From: Methylorubrum extorquens
Lineage (GTDB): Bacteria; Pseudomonadota; Alphaproteobacteria; Rhizobiales; Beijerinckiaceae
Assembly (NCBI GenBank): GCA_900234795.1
Contig: LT962688.1
Coordinates: 5,610,001 to 5,642,000 of the forward strand
Length of the DNA: 32,000 nucleotides
Direction: 5' to 3'
Numbering within the stretch: position 1 is the first letter of the stretch; every line of letters starts with the position of its first letter. The translations under genes were made by a program, and so were the position numbers. Shown here piece after piece: positions 1 through 8,645 of this stretch. The notes under the pieces are model-generated. The model searched no databases. It was not told the origin of the DNA and was given only the letters and a program-made list of their open reading frames with translations.

Positions 1-708
1 GCCGCCGAGGATGATCATCGTCTTGGCGTTGCGGATATCGTTGTAGGAGTTCGTCTGGGCGCCGTAGCCCCAGGTGTTGGCCACGCCCGCCACCGTGGTC
101 GAGTGGCAGATGCGCGCCTGATGGTCGATCGAGTTCGTGCCCCACAGGGCCGCGAACTTGCGCATCAGGTAGGAGGCCTCGTTGGTGAACTTGGCCGAAC
201 CCAGCCAGTAGACCGAGTCGGCGCCGTTCTTCTCGCGGATCTGGACCAGCTTGTCGCCGATCTCCTCGTAGGCCTGATCCCACGAGATTCGCTTCCACTG
301 CCCGCCTTCGAGCTTCATCGGGTACTTGAGGCGGCGGTCGGACGAGACGAGCTCGCGGATCGCCGCGCCCTTGGCGCAGTGCGTGCCGCGGTTGATCGGG
401 CTGGCATAGGACGGCTCCTGGCCGACCCAGACGCCGTTCACGACTTCGGCCGTCACCGTGCAACCCACCGAGCAGTGGGTGCAGACGTTCTTCTTGATGA
501 CCGTGTCCGGTCCGACGGCGGAGGAGCCGGCGGCCTGCGCCTTGCGCACCGAGCCGAGCTGGATCGTGCCGGCCGCGGCGAGCGCGCCGGCGGTCAGCCC
601 GGACTTGCGGAGGAAGGCGCGGCGGTCGAGCACGCCCGCGGCGAGGCCGGCGGCGACGGCCTGGTGCTTGGTGCGAGCAGCGTCGCCGCTCTTGCGCTTG
701 ATCAGCAT
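1..708 (-). CDS. Formate dehydrogenase catalytic (alpha) subunit, FdnG/FdoG-like molybdopterin oxidoreductase; N-terminal 236 codons only, continues past the window edge
   Basis: Own minus-strand translation from the ATG at 706-708. It gives MLIKRKSGD...LDRRAFLRKSGLTAGALAAAG (twin-arginine signal) and CTHCSVGCTV...NRGTHCAKG (N-terminal 4Fe-4S Cys motif). It also gives HQARICHSTTVAG, the active-site motif, with Cys where E. coli FdnG has Sec. It is absent from the ORF track because it is open at the edge. Confidence 0.9.
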   Translation of the reverse strand, partial: MLIKRKSGDAARTKHQAVAAGLAAGVLDRRAFLRKSGLTAGALAAAGTIQLGSVRKAQAAGSSAVGPDTVIKKNVCTHCSVGCTVTAEVVNGVWVGQEPSYASPINRGTHCAKGAAIRELVSSDRRLKYPMKLEGGQWKRISWDQAYEEIGDKLVQIREKNGADSVYWLGSAKFTNEASYLMRKFAALWGTNSIDHQARICHSTTVAGVANTWGYGAQTNSYNDIRNAKTMIILGG

Positions 709-715
709 GGCAGCC

Positions 716-961
716 TCACTTCGGACCGGTGGAAGCCGGATCAGTGTTCTTCTTCAGCGTCTCGTAGCCGTTGGTCCGGTAGAACGCCTTCACGTGGTCG
801 CTCTCCCGGTAACGGGCCTTGGTCTCGTCGTTGCCCGGATCGTAGGCCTGGGCCTCGGTCGCCCCCATCGGCGAAGCGACGGCGGCCGCGGCGGCCACCG
901 TGCTGCCGCCGAGCGCCCGAAAGAACTGGCGACGACCGAGCGTCTTCGGATCCTGTCGCAT
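716..961 (-). CDS. Small twin-arginine-signal protein of the formate dehydrogenase region (TIGR02811-like 'formate dehydrogenase region TAT target')
   Basis: ORF 716..1000. The internal start MRQDPKTLGRRQFFRALGG... at 961 is preceded by GGAGGAGACGAGGGTG (a Shine-Dalgarno sequence). It has an RRxFF Tat motif and sits 7 nt upstream of the FDH alpha start. An alternative start is at 1000. Confidence 0.75.
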   Translation of the reverse strand: MRQDPKTLGRRQFFRALGGSTVAAAAAVASPMGATEAQAYDPGNDETKARYRESDHVKAFYRTNGYETLKKNTDPASTGPK

Positions 962-1037
962 CACCCTCGTCTCCTCCGGCGGCTGCCTGCTCTGGGGCAA
1001 CGCGCCTCGATTTCATTTGTCACGACGGAGCAGCCCT

Positions 1038-1673
1038 TCAGCCTTCCATGGCGAAAGCTTCCGCCTCGATCTCGATAAAGGCGCGGCCGAGCCCCCCGAC
1101 CGCGCGGTAGAACCGGCCCGCCTTCGCCTTTTCCAGGTCCGCGAAGAAACGGTCCGCCCAGGGTTCGATGTGCCGGGCGAAGAAGTGCGCCTGCATGCCG
1201 GGCTCCGCCTCGAACCGCCCCGCCGCGAGCCCGGCCATCACCTCCAGAAGGATCGCGAGATGATCCTCCGGCTCGCTCATCGACTCGTCCCGCTCGATCC
1301 CGAGCGCGGCGAAGTCTTCGCGCACGCGGGCGAGCGGACGCTCGTTGAGGAAGCCGGTGAGGTAGTAGGAGGCGTAAGGCAGAAGCTCGCCGCGACCGAC
1401 GCCGATGAACAGCGCGAAGAACTCGCGCTCGACGGACTCCGTATCGGTCTCGGCGGCCGCACGGCGCAGGGCCGCGACCTGTCGGCCCAGAACCCCGTCG
1501 CCCTCCTTCACGGCGGCGAGCGCCGCGAGCAGCGACGAACCCGGTGCCCGGCCGAGCAGCGCGGCCAAGAGATCGTATTGCTGCGCGCGCAGGAGGTCGA
1601 TCTCGTCCGGAACGCCGACGACTCCAGACACCTCATCTCCCGGAAGTGCCATCACCGACGCGACCGAACTCAT
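1038..1673 (-). CDS. TorD/DmsD-family redox-enzyme maturation chaperone
   Basis: 211-aa ORF. The REFFALFIGVGRGELLPYASYYLTGFLNERPLARVREDF and EPEDHLAILLEVMA motifs are typical of TorD-like chaperones. GAGGGAAACG lies before the ATG. The position directly upstream of a Tat-dependent molybdoenzyme fits. Confidence 0.85.
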   Translation of the reverse strand: MSSVASVMALPGDEVSGVVGVPDEIDLLRAQQYDLLAALLGRAPGSSLLAALAAVKEGDGVLGRQVAALRRAAAETDTESVEREFFALFIGVGRGELLPYASYYLTGFLNERPLARVREDFAALGIERDESMSEPEDHLAILLEVMAGLAAGRFEAEPGMQAHFFARHIEPWADRFFADLEKAKAGRFYRAVGGLGRAFIEIEAEAFAMEG

Positions 1674-1760
1674 CGTTTCCCTCGGGCCCGCCTGGAGGAC
1701 CGCTTGTTTGGATCGATAATAAAAAGCGTTTGGCTTTGCCGCAATCGAAATGCGCGTGAA

Positions 1761-2471
1761 TTACGAGGGCATCGCCCCACCATGGCGCCGCAGGCGAGGC
1801 CGGGGGAGGGTGGATTGTACGACCTCAGGGGACTCGACGGCGGCAACCGCGACCGGAGCGTGCAGGTCCGGCATCGGAAGCGGAACGCCGTCGGTTTCAG
1901 GGGCGGTCTCGGGTTCCAGGGGCGCTGCGTCGGCGATCTGCGGAGCTTCCTCCGACGCCGCCGTGGGAGCGTCCTGCGGCTCGGTATCCGGTTCCTCCTC
2001 CGCCGGGACGGGGACACCGTCGATGATCCGCTTCAGCATCGCCTTCACGTCGTCGGTCGGCAGGAGCGGGCCCATGCCCGGCACGCCGCCGGGCGTGTTC
2101 CAGTCATAGGCGTATTCCCGCGCCTCGCTGACGAAGTCGCGGATCGCCGGGTCGAGCGACCACATCCGCCGCAGGGCCGCGTTGCGCAGGGCCGTCGGCA
2201 CGCCGGACTGGAGGAAGGCGGTGAGGTCGGTCTCCGGCGTCAGGGCGTCGAGCGAGGGAAGCCGCGCCAGAAGATCGTCCGTTCCCGCCTCCGGTTCATC
2301 GCCGGTCAGGACGACAGGCTGCGGCGGAGGTGATCCCTCGCCGGTATGCGCCTCCGCATCGAGAGCGGCCTTCGCCTCGACCTCATCCGTGACGGCGGGC
2401 GCAACGGTGCGCTCGGTGGCGCGCACGGCCTCCTTGCGGCGGGCCCATCGGGAGAGGAAGCTGCCGCTCAT
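1761..2471 (-). CDS. DUF3306-like protein
   Basis: 236-aa ORF with a basic N-terminus (MSGSFLSRWARRKEA), an acidic Pro/Glu-rich linker and a conserved-looking core (LRRMWSLDPAIRDFVSEAREYAYDWN). Its start overlaps the upstream stop (ATGA at 2468-2471). The family name is from memory. Confidence 0.8.
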   Translation of the reverse strand: MSGSFLSRWARRKEAVRATERTVAPAVTDEVEAKAALDAEAHTGEGSPPPQPVVLTGDEPEAGTDDLLARLPSLDALTPETDLTAFLQSGVPTALRNAALRRMWSLDPAIRDFVSEAREYAYDWNTPGGVPGMGPLLPTDDVKAMLKRIIDGVPVPAEEEPDTEPQDAPTAASEEAPQIADAAPLEPETAPETDGVPLPMPDLHAPVAVAAVESPEVVQSTLPRPRLRRHGGAMPS

Positions 2472-2986
2472 TCTGGCTTCCCCTGCGTGCCGGGGGCGCG
2501 GCGCGCCAGGGCCTCGGGATCGGCGCGGTCGCGCTTCCGCTTCTCGAACTTGCGCTCGATGTGGAAGGCCTCGAAGAAGGCGAGCAGCTTGGCCTGCACT
2601 TCGGGCGGCATCGGCACCGCCTCGACGATCTCGCCGATACCCTCGGCCATCGATTCGCCCTCGTAGGGATCGGCGGTCACGCTCGCCACCGTGTAGGTGT
2701 CCTCCGATGTGGCGTGGAGCGTGACCCAGAGCGAGGGGCGGCCGGAGACGAGGTTGTCGCGGTAATGCGCCGTCTCGCCGATGTGCAGCGTGACCTCATG
2801 GGCGCCCGCGTAGAAGGTCGCCTCCTCCTCGGTCTCGGAGAGCTGGGTCCAGAGCGCGGTCTCCGGCGCTGCCGGAAGTGCCTCGACCGGCAGCCAAGCG
2901 TGGCTCGCCCACGGCCCTTTGAGGCGGCGGCGCGCCACAATGATGCCGACCTCGAAGCGGTCTTCCGGGATCTGTTCCGGCGTCAT
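2468..2986 (-). CDS. DUF3305-like protein
   Basis: Internal ATG (2984-2986) of track ORF 2468..4030. This gives 172 aa, MTPEQIPEDRFEVGIIVARRRLKGPWASHAWLPVE...VTADPYEGESMAEG. The upstream extension of that ORF is Arg/Ala/Gly-rich antisense shadow of the 2995..4005 gene. Confidence 0.8.
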   Translation of the reverse strand: MTPEQIPEDRFEVGIIVARRRLKGPWASHAWLPVEALPAAPETALWTQLSETEEEATFYAGAHEVTLHIGETAHYRDNLVSGRPSLWVTLHATSEDTYTVASVTADPYEGESMAEGIGEIVEAVPMPPEVQAKLLAFFEAFHIERKFEKRKRDRADPEALARRAPGTQGKPE

Positions 2987-2994
2987 GTCCGACC

Positions 2995-4005
2995 TCACGC
3001 GGCGGCCCGGTCGGAGGCCAGCGGCAATCCGACCACGAGGTTCTGTGGTTTGAGCTGCACGGTCTTGTCCGGCGACATGGCGAGCAGGAGATAGACCGGC
3101 CGCTCGCCGACCCGCGGATCGACGCGGGCCGGATCGGCGAAGGTGAGGCTGAACACCGCGATCACCCGCTCGCGGGCGGCGTCGTCCAGCATCTCGCCGC
3201 GCCAGAGCGCGTTGCCGATCCGCGTGCCCTCCGCGTCGAGCCCGACGAACCAGCGCCAGTCGGGATCCTCGAGCCGGTCGAGGGGCTTCACCGTGACCTC
3301 GGCGTTGAGGAGGTGACGCACGAAGGCCTCGATCGCCCGCGCCAGCCCGTCCCGGCTTCGGCCGCTGGAGCCGAGGTTCAGCGCCATGGTGAAGGCGTCC
3401 GACCGGCTCCAATAGGTCCAGGCGTTCTCCTCGTTGAGCACGTCGAGTTCGCTCGCCGCCTCCTTGCCGAGCATCGTGACCAGGGGCGAGAGCGGCGCGC
3501 CGCCCTCCCGCGCCTCGATCACCTCGGCATCGGCGAGCAGCACCGCGCCCTCGTGCAGGCTGGCGCGCTGGGAGCGGAAGAACAACTCGGCGGCACGCAG
3601 CACGAACGGGTCTTCGCAGCCGTCGAGCGCGTTGCGCAGGATGAGATGCACGAGTTGGATCAGGAACAGCCCCGGCACGCCCTGCAACCCGCCGCGCACG
3701 AGCGCGAGATAGGCCGCCTCGACCGAGCGGGCCGTGAGCAGCCGCTCGCGAAAGGCCAGCATCACCTCCCAGTTCTCCCGCGCATCCGCGTCCGCGATTT
3801 TTTGGAGTTCGCCGGTCGAGACGGGTCGGCGTGGGTCGCTCAGAAGGCTGGCGTGCAGCGCGCGTTCGGCCGTGCAGGCCTCCTCCGGCGGCACCAGTTC
3901 GGGGCGCGCGAGATAGGCGAGGATCAGCTCGTCGGTGACGGCGAGACCGCCCCCTTCCGTCCGCTGCGTCAGGTGATGGCCGCTCGATACCCAGAACTCG
4001 GTCAT
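2995..4005 (-). CDS. Conserved hypothetical protein (recalled as DUF6352-like; unverified)
   Basis: 336-aa ORF with normal amino-acid composition and codon bias, no signal peptide and no TM segment. Its start overlaps the upstream stop (ATGA at 4002-4005). It ends 8 nt before the DUF3305 start. Confidence 0.7.
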   Translation of the reverse strand: MTEFWVSSGHHLTQRTEGGGLAVTDELILAYLARPELVPPEEACTAERALHASLLSDPRRPVSTGELQKIADADARENWEVMLAFRERLLTARSVEAAYLALVRGGLQGVPGLFLIQLVHLILRNALDGCEDPFVLRAAELFFRSQRASLHEGAVLLADAEVIEAREGGAPLSPLVTMLGKEAASELDVLNEENAWTYWSRSDAFTMALNLGSSGRSRDGLARAIEAFVRHLLNAEVTVKPLDRLEDPDWRWFVGLDAEGTRIGNALWRGEMLDDAARERVIAVFSLTFADPARVDPRVGERPVYLLLAMSPDKTVQLKPQNLVVGLPLASDRAAA

Positions 4006-4568
4006 GCTCTCTCAGCCCCCGCGGAGGCATCGCTCAAAAGTCCCACGAGGTCGGCCTGTTCGTCTGGCCCGTCCTCGTCGGTCTCGACGAAGTGGAAGGC
4101 GCGTCCGTGCATCGGGTCCGCGCCCGGTGCGCGCTGGTGCAGGGTGCGGAATTCCTCCGCGATTTCCCCATCCTGCGCGCTTCGGTGCATGGCCACGACG
4201 CTGCCGACCGGCAGATTGCACAGCGAGGCCGCGACCTCGATCTCCTCGCGCGCGGCGGCGCGGGCCGCCTCGCGATCCGGGGCGCCAAAGCGCTCGTGAA
4301 TATGGCGGGCGAGATCCTCGATCGCCGCCTCGCGCTCGGCCTCGCTCGCCTCGCTGACGACGACCAGGGTCGAGAAGCCGAGGGAGCGCACGCCAACGAA
4401 ACCGGAACGGAACGCCGCCCGCTCCTTGCCGGCAAGCGCCGAGAGGTCGGCATCGAAGAACAGGAACGAGCCCGTCACCGCCCATTCGCCGGCCTCGGCG
4501 GCCCGCGCGAAGACGAAGGTGTCGGAGGGGTCGAGCCGCAGGGTCCGCGGCAGCTTGCCCACACTCAC
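4002..4568 (-). CDS. Conserved hypothetical protein (recalled as DUF6505-like; unverified)
   Basis: 188-aa ORF with acidic, cytoplasmic-looking composition. Its GTG start overlaps the upstream stop (GTGA at 4565-4568). Confidence 0.7.
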   Translation of the reverse strand: MSVGKLPRTLRLDPSDTFVFARAAEAGEWAVTGSFLFFDADLSALAGKERAAFRSGFVGVRSLGFSTLVVVSEASEAEREAAIEDLARHIHERFGAPDREAARAAAREEIEVAASLCNLPVGSVVAMHRSAQDGEIAEEFRTLHQRAPGADPMHGRAFHFVETDEDGPDEQADLVGLLSDASAGAERA

Positions 4569-5344
4569 AGCCGCACCGTGCCGGAGACCGGGTCGCGCCA
4601 GGAGGGGGCGGCCAGCGCCGGCCGCAGCGGAAGCGTCTCACTGCGGCCGTCGGCGTGGACGAGCCGGGCATCGCCGCTCGGCTCGATCGTCGCCCGCACG
4701 CCCGGCGGCAGCGCGAGGCGGGTGAGATAGCGGCCCGTCGAGCGCGCGGCGCCGTCCTCGTCCCAGATCTCGAACGCCTTGGTGAGATGGCGGGCGAAGC
4801 TCTCGACCAGGGCTTCGCGCAGGTCGTTCGGGAACCCCTCTTCCTCCAGGGAGGTCGAGTCGGGCGTGAGGCCGGGATCGCCCGCATCCCGCTTCGAGGC
4901 GAGCAGCATCGCCGAGAAGACGAGCCAGTCCGGCGTCTCGGTCTCGTCGCAGCCCTCGGGCCAATGCAGCGCGCCGCCGCCGAGACGGGCGCCGTTGAAG
5001 CTCAGCGTATCGGGCCAGTGGAGCGTCACGGGGATTTCCGGTGGCCCGAAGGCGCCGACCGCGTCGGCGAGCGCCTGCATCCCGATGAAGATGGCACGCC
5101 GCGCCGTGGCCAGCGGCTCGGTCGGCGCCAGCACCACCGCGAAGGCGATGACGTCGTCGCGCTCTTCCATGAGGAGGGTGGCGGCATCCGCCTCGCCGCT
5201 CTCCGCCATCCGGCAGGCCAGCCCGGCCGCGGAGCCCGCCGCGACGAGACCGGTGAAGGCCGGCGGCAGGACGAGCGGCGCGAGGCGCAAACTCGGCGAT
5301 CCGATATCGAGGGGGAGGGTCATAGGCGGTCTCGGGCGGGGCAC
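4565..5344 (-). CDS. Biotin/lipoate protein ligase (BPL_LplA_LipB) family-like protein, divergent
   Basis: 259-aa ORF with a GTG start at 5344 (alternative ATG at 5323). VTLHWPDTLSFNGARLGGGAL resembles the KWPND(L/V)..(K)K(L/I)(A/C)G motif of BirA/LplA. I see no GRGRxGR-type loop. It is the first gene of the coupled operon. Confidence 0.65.
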   Translation of the reverse strand: MPRPRPPMTLPLDIGSPSLRLAPLVLPPAFTGLVAAGSAAGLACRMAESGEADAATLLMEERDDVIAFAVVLAPTEPLATARRAIFIGMQALADAVGAFGPPEIPVTLHWPDTLSFNGARLGGGALHWPEGCDETETPDWLVFSAMLLASKRDAGDPGLTPDSTSLEEEGFPNDLREALVESFARHLTKAFEIWDEDGAARSTGRYLTRLALPPGVRATIEPSGDARLVHADGRSETLPLRPALAAPSWRDPVSGTVRL

Positions 5345-5463
5345 GGTCCCGGGAAGAGTACCTGCGCCCGCATGTCCGTTCGTCGTTTTAGAATGATACG
5401 ATTATAAGGAAGGCAGGCTTCCGCGCGAAGGCCCTCGCGCTCCCAATCGTCTCAGGTTCAATC

Positions 5464-7503
5464 GTGTCCGATCGTCTCGTGTTCGCCTGTTCCTGCGAGA
5501 AGACGATGCCGCTCGATGTCGCGGCCCTGGAAAAGGGTTGCGGTACCCGCGTGCGCACCGCCGACCAGCTATGCGGTCGGGAACTCGACCGTTACCGCGA
5601 GGCTCTCGCGACGGGCTCGCCCGTCACAGTCTCCTGCACGCTCCAGGCGCCGCTCTTTGAAGAGATCGCCGCCGAGATGGAGGCGGAGGAGCGCGTCACC
5701 TTCGCCAAGATCCGCGAGACCGCCGGATGGTCGTCTCAGGCCGAACGGGCCGGTCCGAAGATGGCGGCTTTGCTGGCTGCGGCCGCGGAGGCGGTCCCCG
5801 TCGCCGGCACGGTGCCGCTGGAGAGCCGCGGTGTCACCCTGATCTACGGGCGCGATGAGGCCGCCATCGAGGCCGGGCGGCGTTTGGCCGAGCATCTCGA
5901 CGTCACCGTGCTGCTCAGCTGGCCGGGCGAGGTCGCGCCGCTCCATCGCAACGAGTTCCCGGTGATCCGGGGTACGGTGCGCGGGGCGACGGGCCATCTC
6001 GGCGCGTTCGACCTGCGCATCGACGACTACGCCCTGCCGGCGCCGTCCTCGCGCACCCACCTCGTGTTCGGGTCGGGGCGCGACGGGGCGGTTTCGACCT
6101 GCGACCTGATCCTCGACCTCACCGGCGGCACGCCGCTCTTCCCCGCGCACGAACTGCGCAGCGGGTACCTGCGCGCCGACCCGCGCGACCCGGCGGCGGT
6201 CGAGCGCGCGGTGATGGCGGCGTCCCACCTCGTCGGCGAGTTCGACAAGACGCGCTTCATCGATTTCCGCGGCGAGCTCTGCGCCCATTCCCGCTCGCGC
6301 ATCACCGGCTGCACCCGCTGCCTCGACGTCTGCCCGACCGGGGCCATCTCGCCCGCCGGCGATACGGTGGCGATCGACCCCTATGTCTGCGCCGGCTGCG
6401 GCAGTTGCGCCGCCGTCTGCCCCACGGGGGCGGCCAACTACGCCCTGCCGCCGGCCGACGCGCTGATGCGCCGCCTGCGCAGCCTGTTGCGCGCCTACCG
6501 GGCAGCCGGCGGTGCGGACGCGGTGGTGCTGTTCCACGACGGCGACCATGGCGAGCCGCTGATCGACGCACTCGCCCGCTATGGCGAGGGCCTCCCGGCC
6601 CACGTCCTGCCGGTGCGGGTCAACGAGGTGACGCAGTTCGGGCCCGAGGTTCTGGCCGCCCTGTTCGCCTATGGTGCGGCTGGGGCGCGGGTGCTCGTGC
6701 GTGAGCGCCCGAAGCACGACCTCGACAGTCTGCACCGCACCGTCGCGCTGGGCCGGACGCTCGCCGACGCGCTCGGCTACGGCGCCGGCACGGAGGCGCC
6801 GACCGTCGCCCTGATCGAAACCGACGACCCCGATGCGCTCGGCGCGGCGCTCCGCTCGGACGTTCCCGGCCGGGCGACCACGGCGCCGGCCGGCTTCGTG
6901 CCCGTCGGCGGCAAGCGCGAGATGCTGCGCCTCGCCTTCCGCGAGATGCATGCCGCGGCCCCGACGCCGGTGGCCGCGGTGCCTTTGGCGGCCGGGGCGC
7001 CGTTCGGCGGGCTCCAGTTTCGCACGGAGGACTGCACGCTCTGCCTCTCCTGCGTCGGCGCCTGCCCGACCCACGCGCTGTCGGACAGCACCGACCGGCC
7101 GCTCTTAGCCTTCGAGGAGAGCCTTTGCGTGCAGTGCGGCCTGTGCGCGGCCACCTGCCCGGAGGACGTGATCAGCCTGAAGCCGCAGATCGACTTCGAG
7201 GCTTGGGCCGAGCCCCGCCGGATCGTGAAGGAGGAGGAACCGTTCTGCTGCATCACCTGCGCCAAGCCGTTCGGCACCCGCGCCACCATCGAGCGGGTGA
7301 TCGGCAAGCTGCGCGAGCGGCACTGGATGTTCTCAGGGGAGGCCGGTGAGCAGCGCATCCGCTCGCTGATGATGTGCGACGATTGCCGCGTCGAGGCGGC
7401 CCTGACCCAGGGTTTCGACCCGCACGCCGTGCCGCCGGCCAAGACGCGCACCACCGAGGACTACCTGCGCGAGCGGGAAGCCGCCGGTCGGCTGCCAGGA
7501 TGA
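5464..7503 (+). CDS. Large 4Fe-4S poly-ferredoxin-like protein (679 aa)
   Basis: It has two 2x[4Fe-4S] modules. The first is CTRCLDVCP (about 6310-6336) plus CAGCGSCAAVCP (6388-6423). The second is CTLCLSCVGACP (7033-7068) plus CVQCGLCAATCP (7126-7161). There is an N-terminal FACSCEK...C cluster and a C-terminal CCITC...CDDC pair. It is divergent from the BPL-like operon. Confidence 0.85.
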   Translation: MSDRLVFACSCEKTMPLDVAALEKGCGTRVRTADQLCGRELDRYREALATGSPVTVSCTLQAPLFEEIAAEMEAEERVTFAKIRETAGWSSQAERAGPKMAALLAAAAEAVPVAGTVPLESRGVTLIYGRDEAAIEAGRRLAEHLDVTVLLSWPGEVAPLHRNEFPVIRGTVRGATGHLGAFDLRIDDYALPAPSSRTHLVFGSGRDGAVSTCDLILDLTGGTPLFPAHELRSGYLRADPRDPAAVERAVMAASHLVGEFDKTRFIDFRGELCAHSRSRITGCTRCLDVCPTGAISPAGDTVAIDPYVCAGCGSCAAVCPTGAANYALPPADALMRRLRSLLRAYRAAGGADAVVLFHDGDHGEPLIDALARYGEGLPAHVLPVRVNEVTQFGPEVLAALFAYGAAGARVLVRERPKHDLDSLHRTVALGRTLADALGYGAGTEAPTVALIETDDPDALGAALRSDVPGRATTAPAGFVPVGGKREMLRLAFREMHAAAPTPVAAVPLAAGAPFGGLQFRTEDCTLCLSCVGACPTHALSDSTDRPLLAFEESLCVQCGLCAATCPEDVISLKPQIDFEAWAEPRRIVKEEEPFCCITCAKPFGTRATIERVIGKLRERHWMFSGEAGEQRIRSLMMCDDCRVEAALTQGFDPHAVPPAKTRTTEDYLREREAAGRLPG

Positions 7504-7512
7504 GCACAAAAA

Positions 7513-7557
7513 ACGACCCGCCATCGCATCGAGGGCAGGTCGGATAGGGGGTCTTTT
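7513..7557 (+). terminator. Possible intrinsic terminator after the poly-ferredoxin gene
   Basis: An A-run (7507-7512) precedes the stem CGACCCGCC (7514-7522) / GGCAGGTCG (7534-7542, one mismatch). An alternative stem is GACCC/GGGTC, followed by TCTTTT (7552-7557). The geometry is ambiguous. Confidence 0.35.
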
Positions 7558-7718
7558 GTCGCAGGAGAACAGTTCGTCAAACCCTGGAGTGCTGGCTGGT
7601 TCCGCGGTTCGCGCGCCGAGGACGGGGAAACGGCGGAAAATGTAACCGGCGATCGCGGGGTTCGCGGCCCCGATCGCCGTGCTATAGCGCGCCGCCCATT
7701 CGTCAGCCCCGAGCCCCG

Positions 7719-8641
<923 letters not shown>

Positions 8642-8645
<4 letters not shown>

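Noticed and set aside
1674-1760. Possible Moco riboswitch in the gap between the DUF3306 and TorD genes
   Set aside because: The gap is only 87 nt and AT-rich in the middle. I could not recognise the conserved Moco-motif helices, so an internal promoter or plain spacer is more likely. cmscan would settle it.
103-2333. Long plus-strand ORFs 103..1110, 458..1078 and 900..2333 overlapping the FDH/TorD/DUF3306 genes
   Set aside because: Their translations are Arg/Pro/Gly/Ala-rich low-complexity sequence, typical of antisense or off-frame shadows in high-GC DNA. The opposite strand encodes proteins with clear family motifs.
2987-4030. N-terminal 348 codons of track ORF 2468..4030 (520 aa)
   Set aside because: This part is off-frame overlap of the well-formed 2995..4005 gene and has extreme Arg/Ala/Gly content. 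Only the last 172 codons (from the ATG at 2986) look like a real protein.
5569-7074. 501-aa minus-strand ORF antisense to the poly-ferredoxin gene. The same applies to 13061..14317(-), 14599..15708(-), 16413..17774(-), 17644..18306(-), 19708..21096(+) and 11788..12702(+).
   Set aside because: All are shadow ORFs with Arg/Gly/Pro/Ala-dominated composition, lying opposite or off-frame to genes with recognisable motifs.
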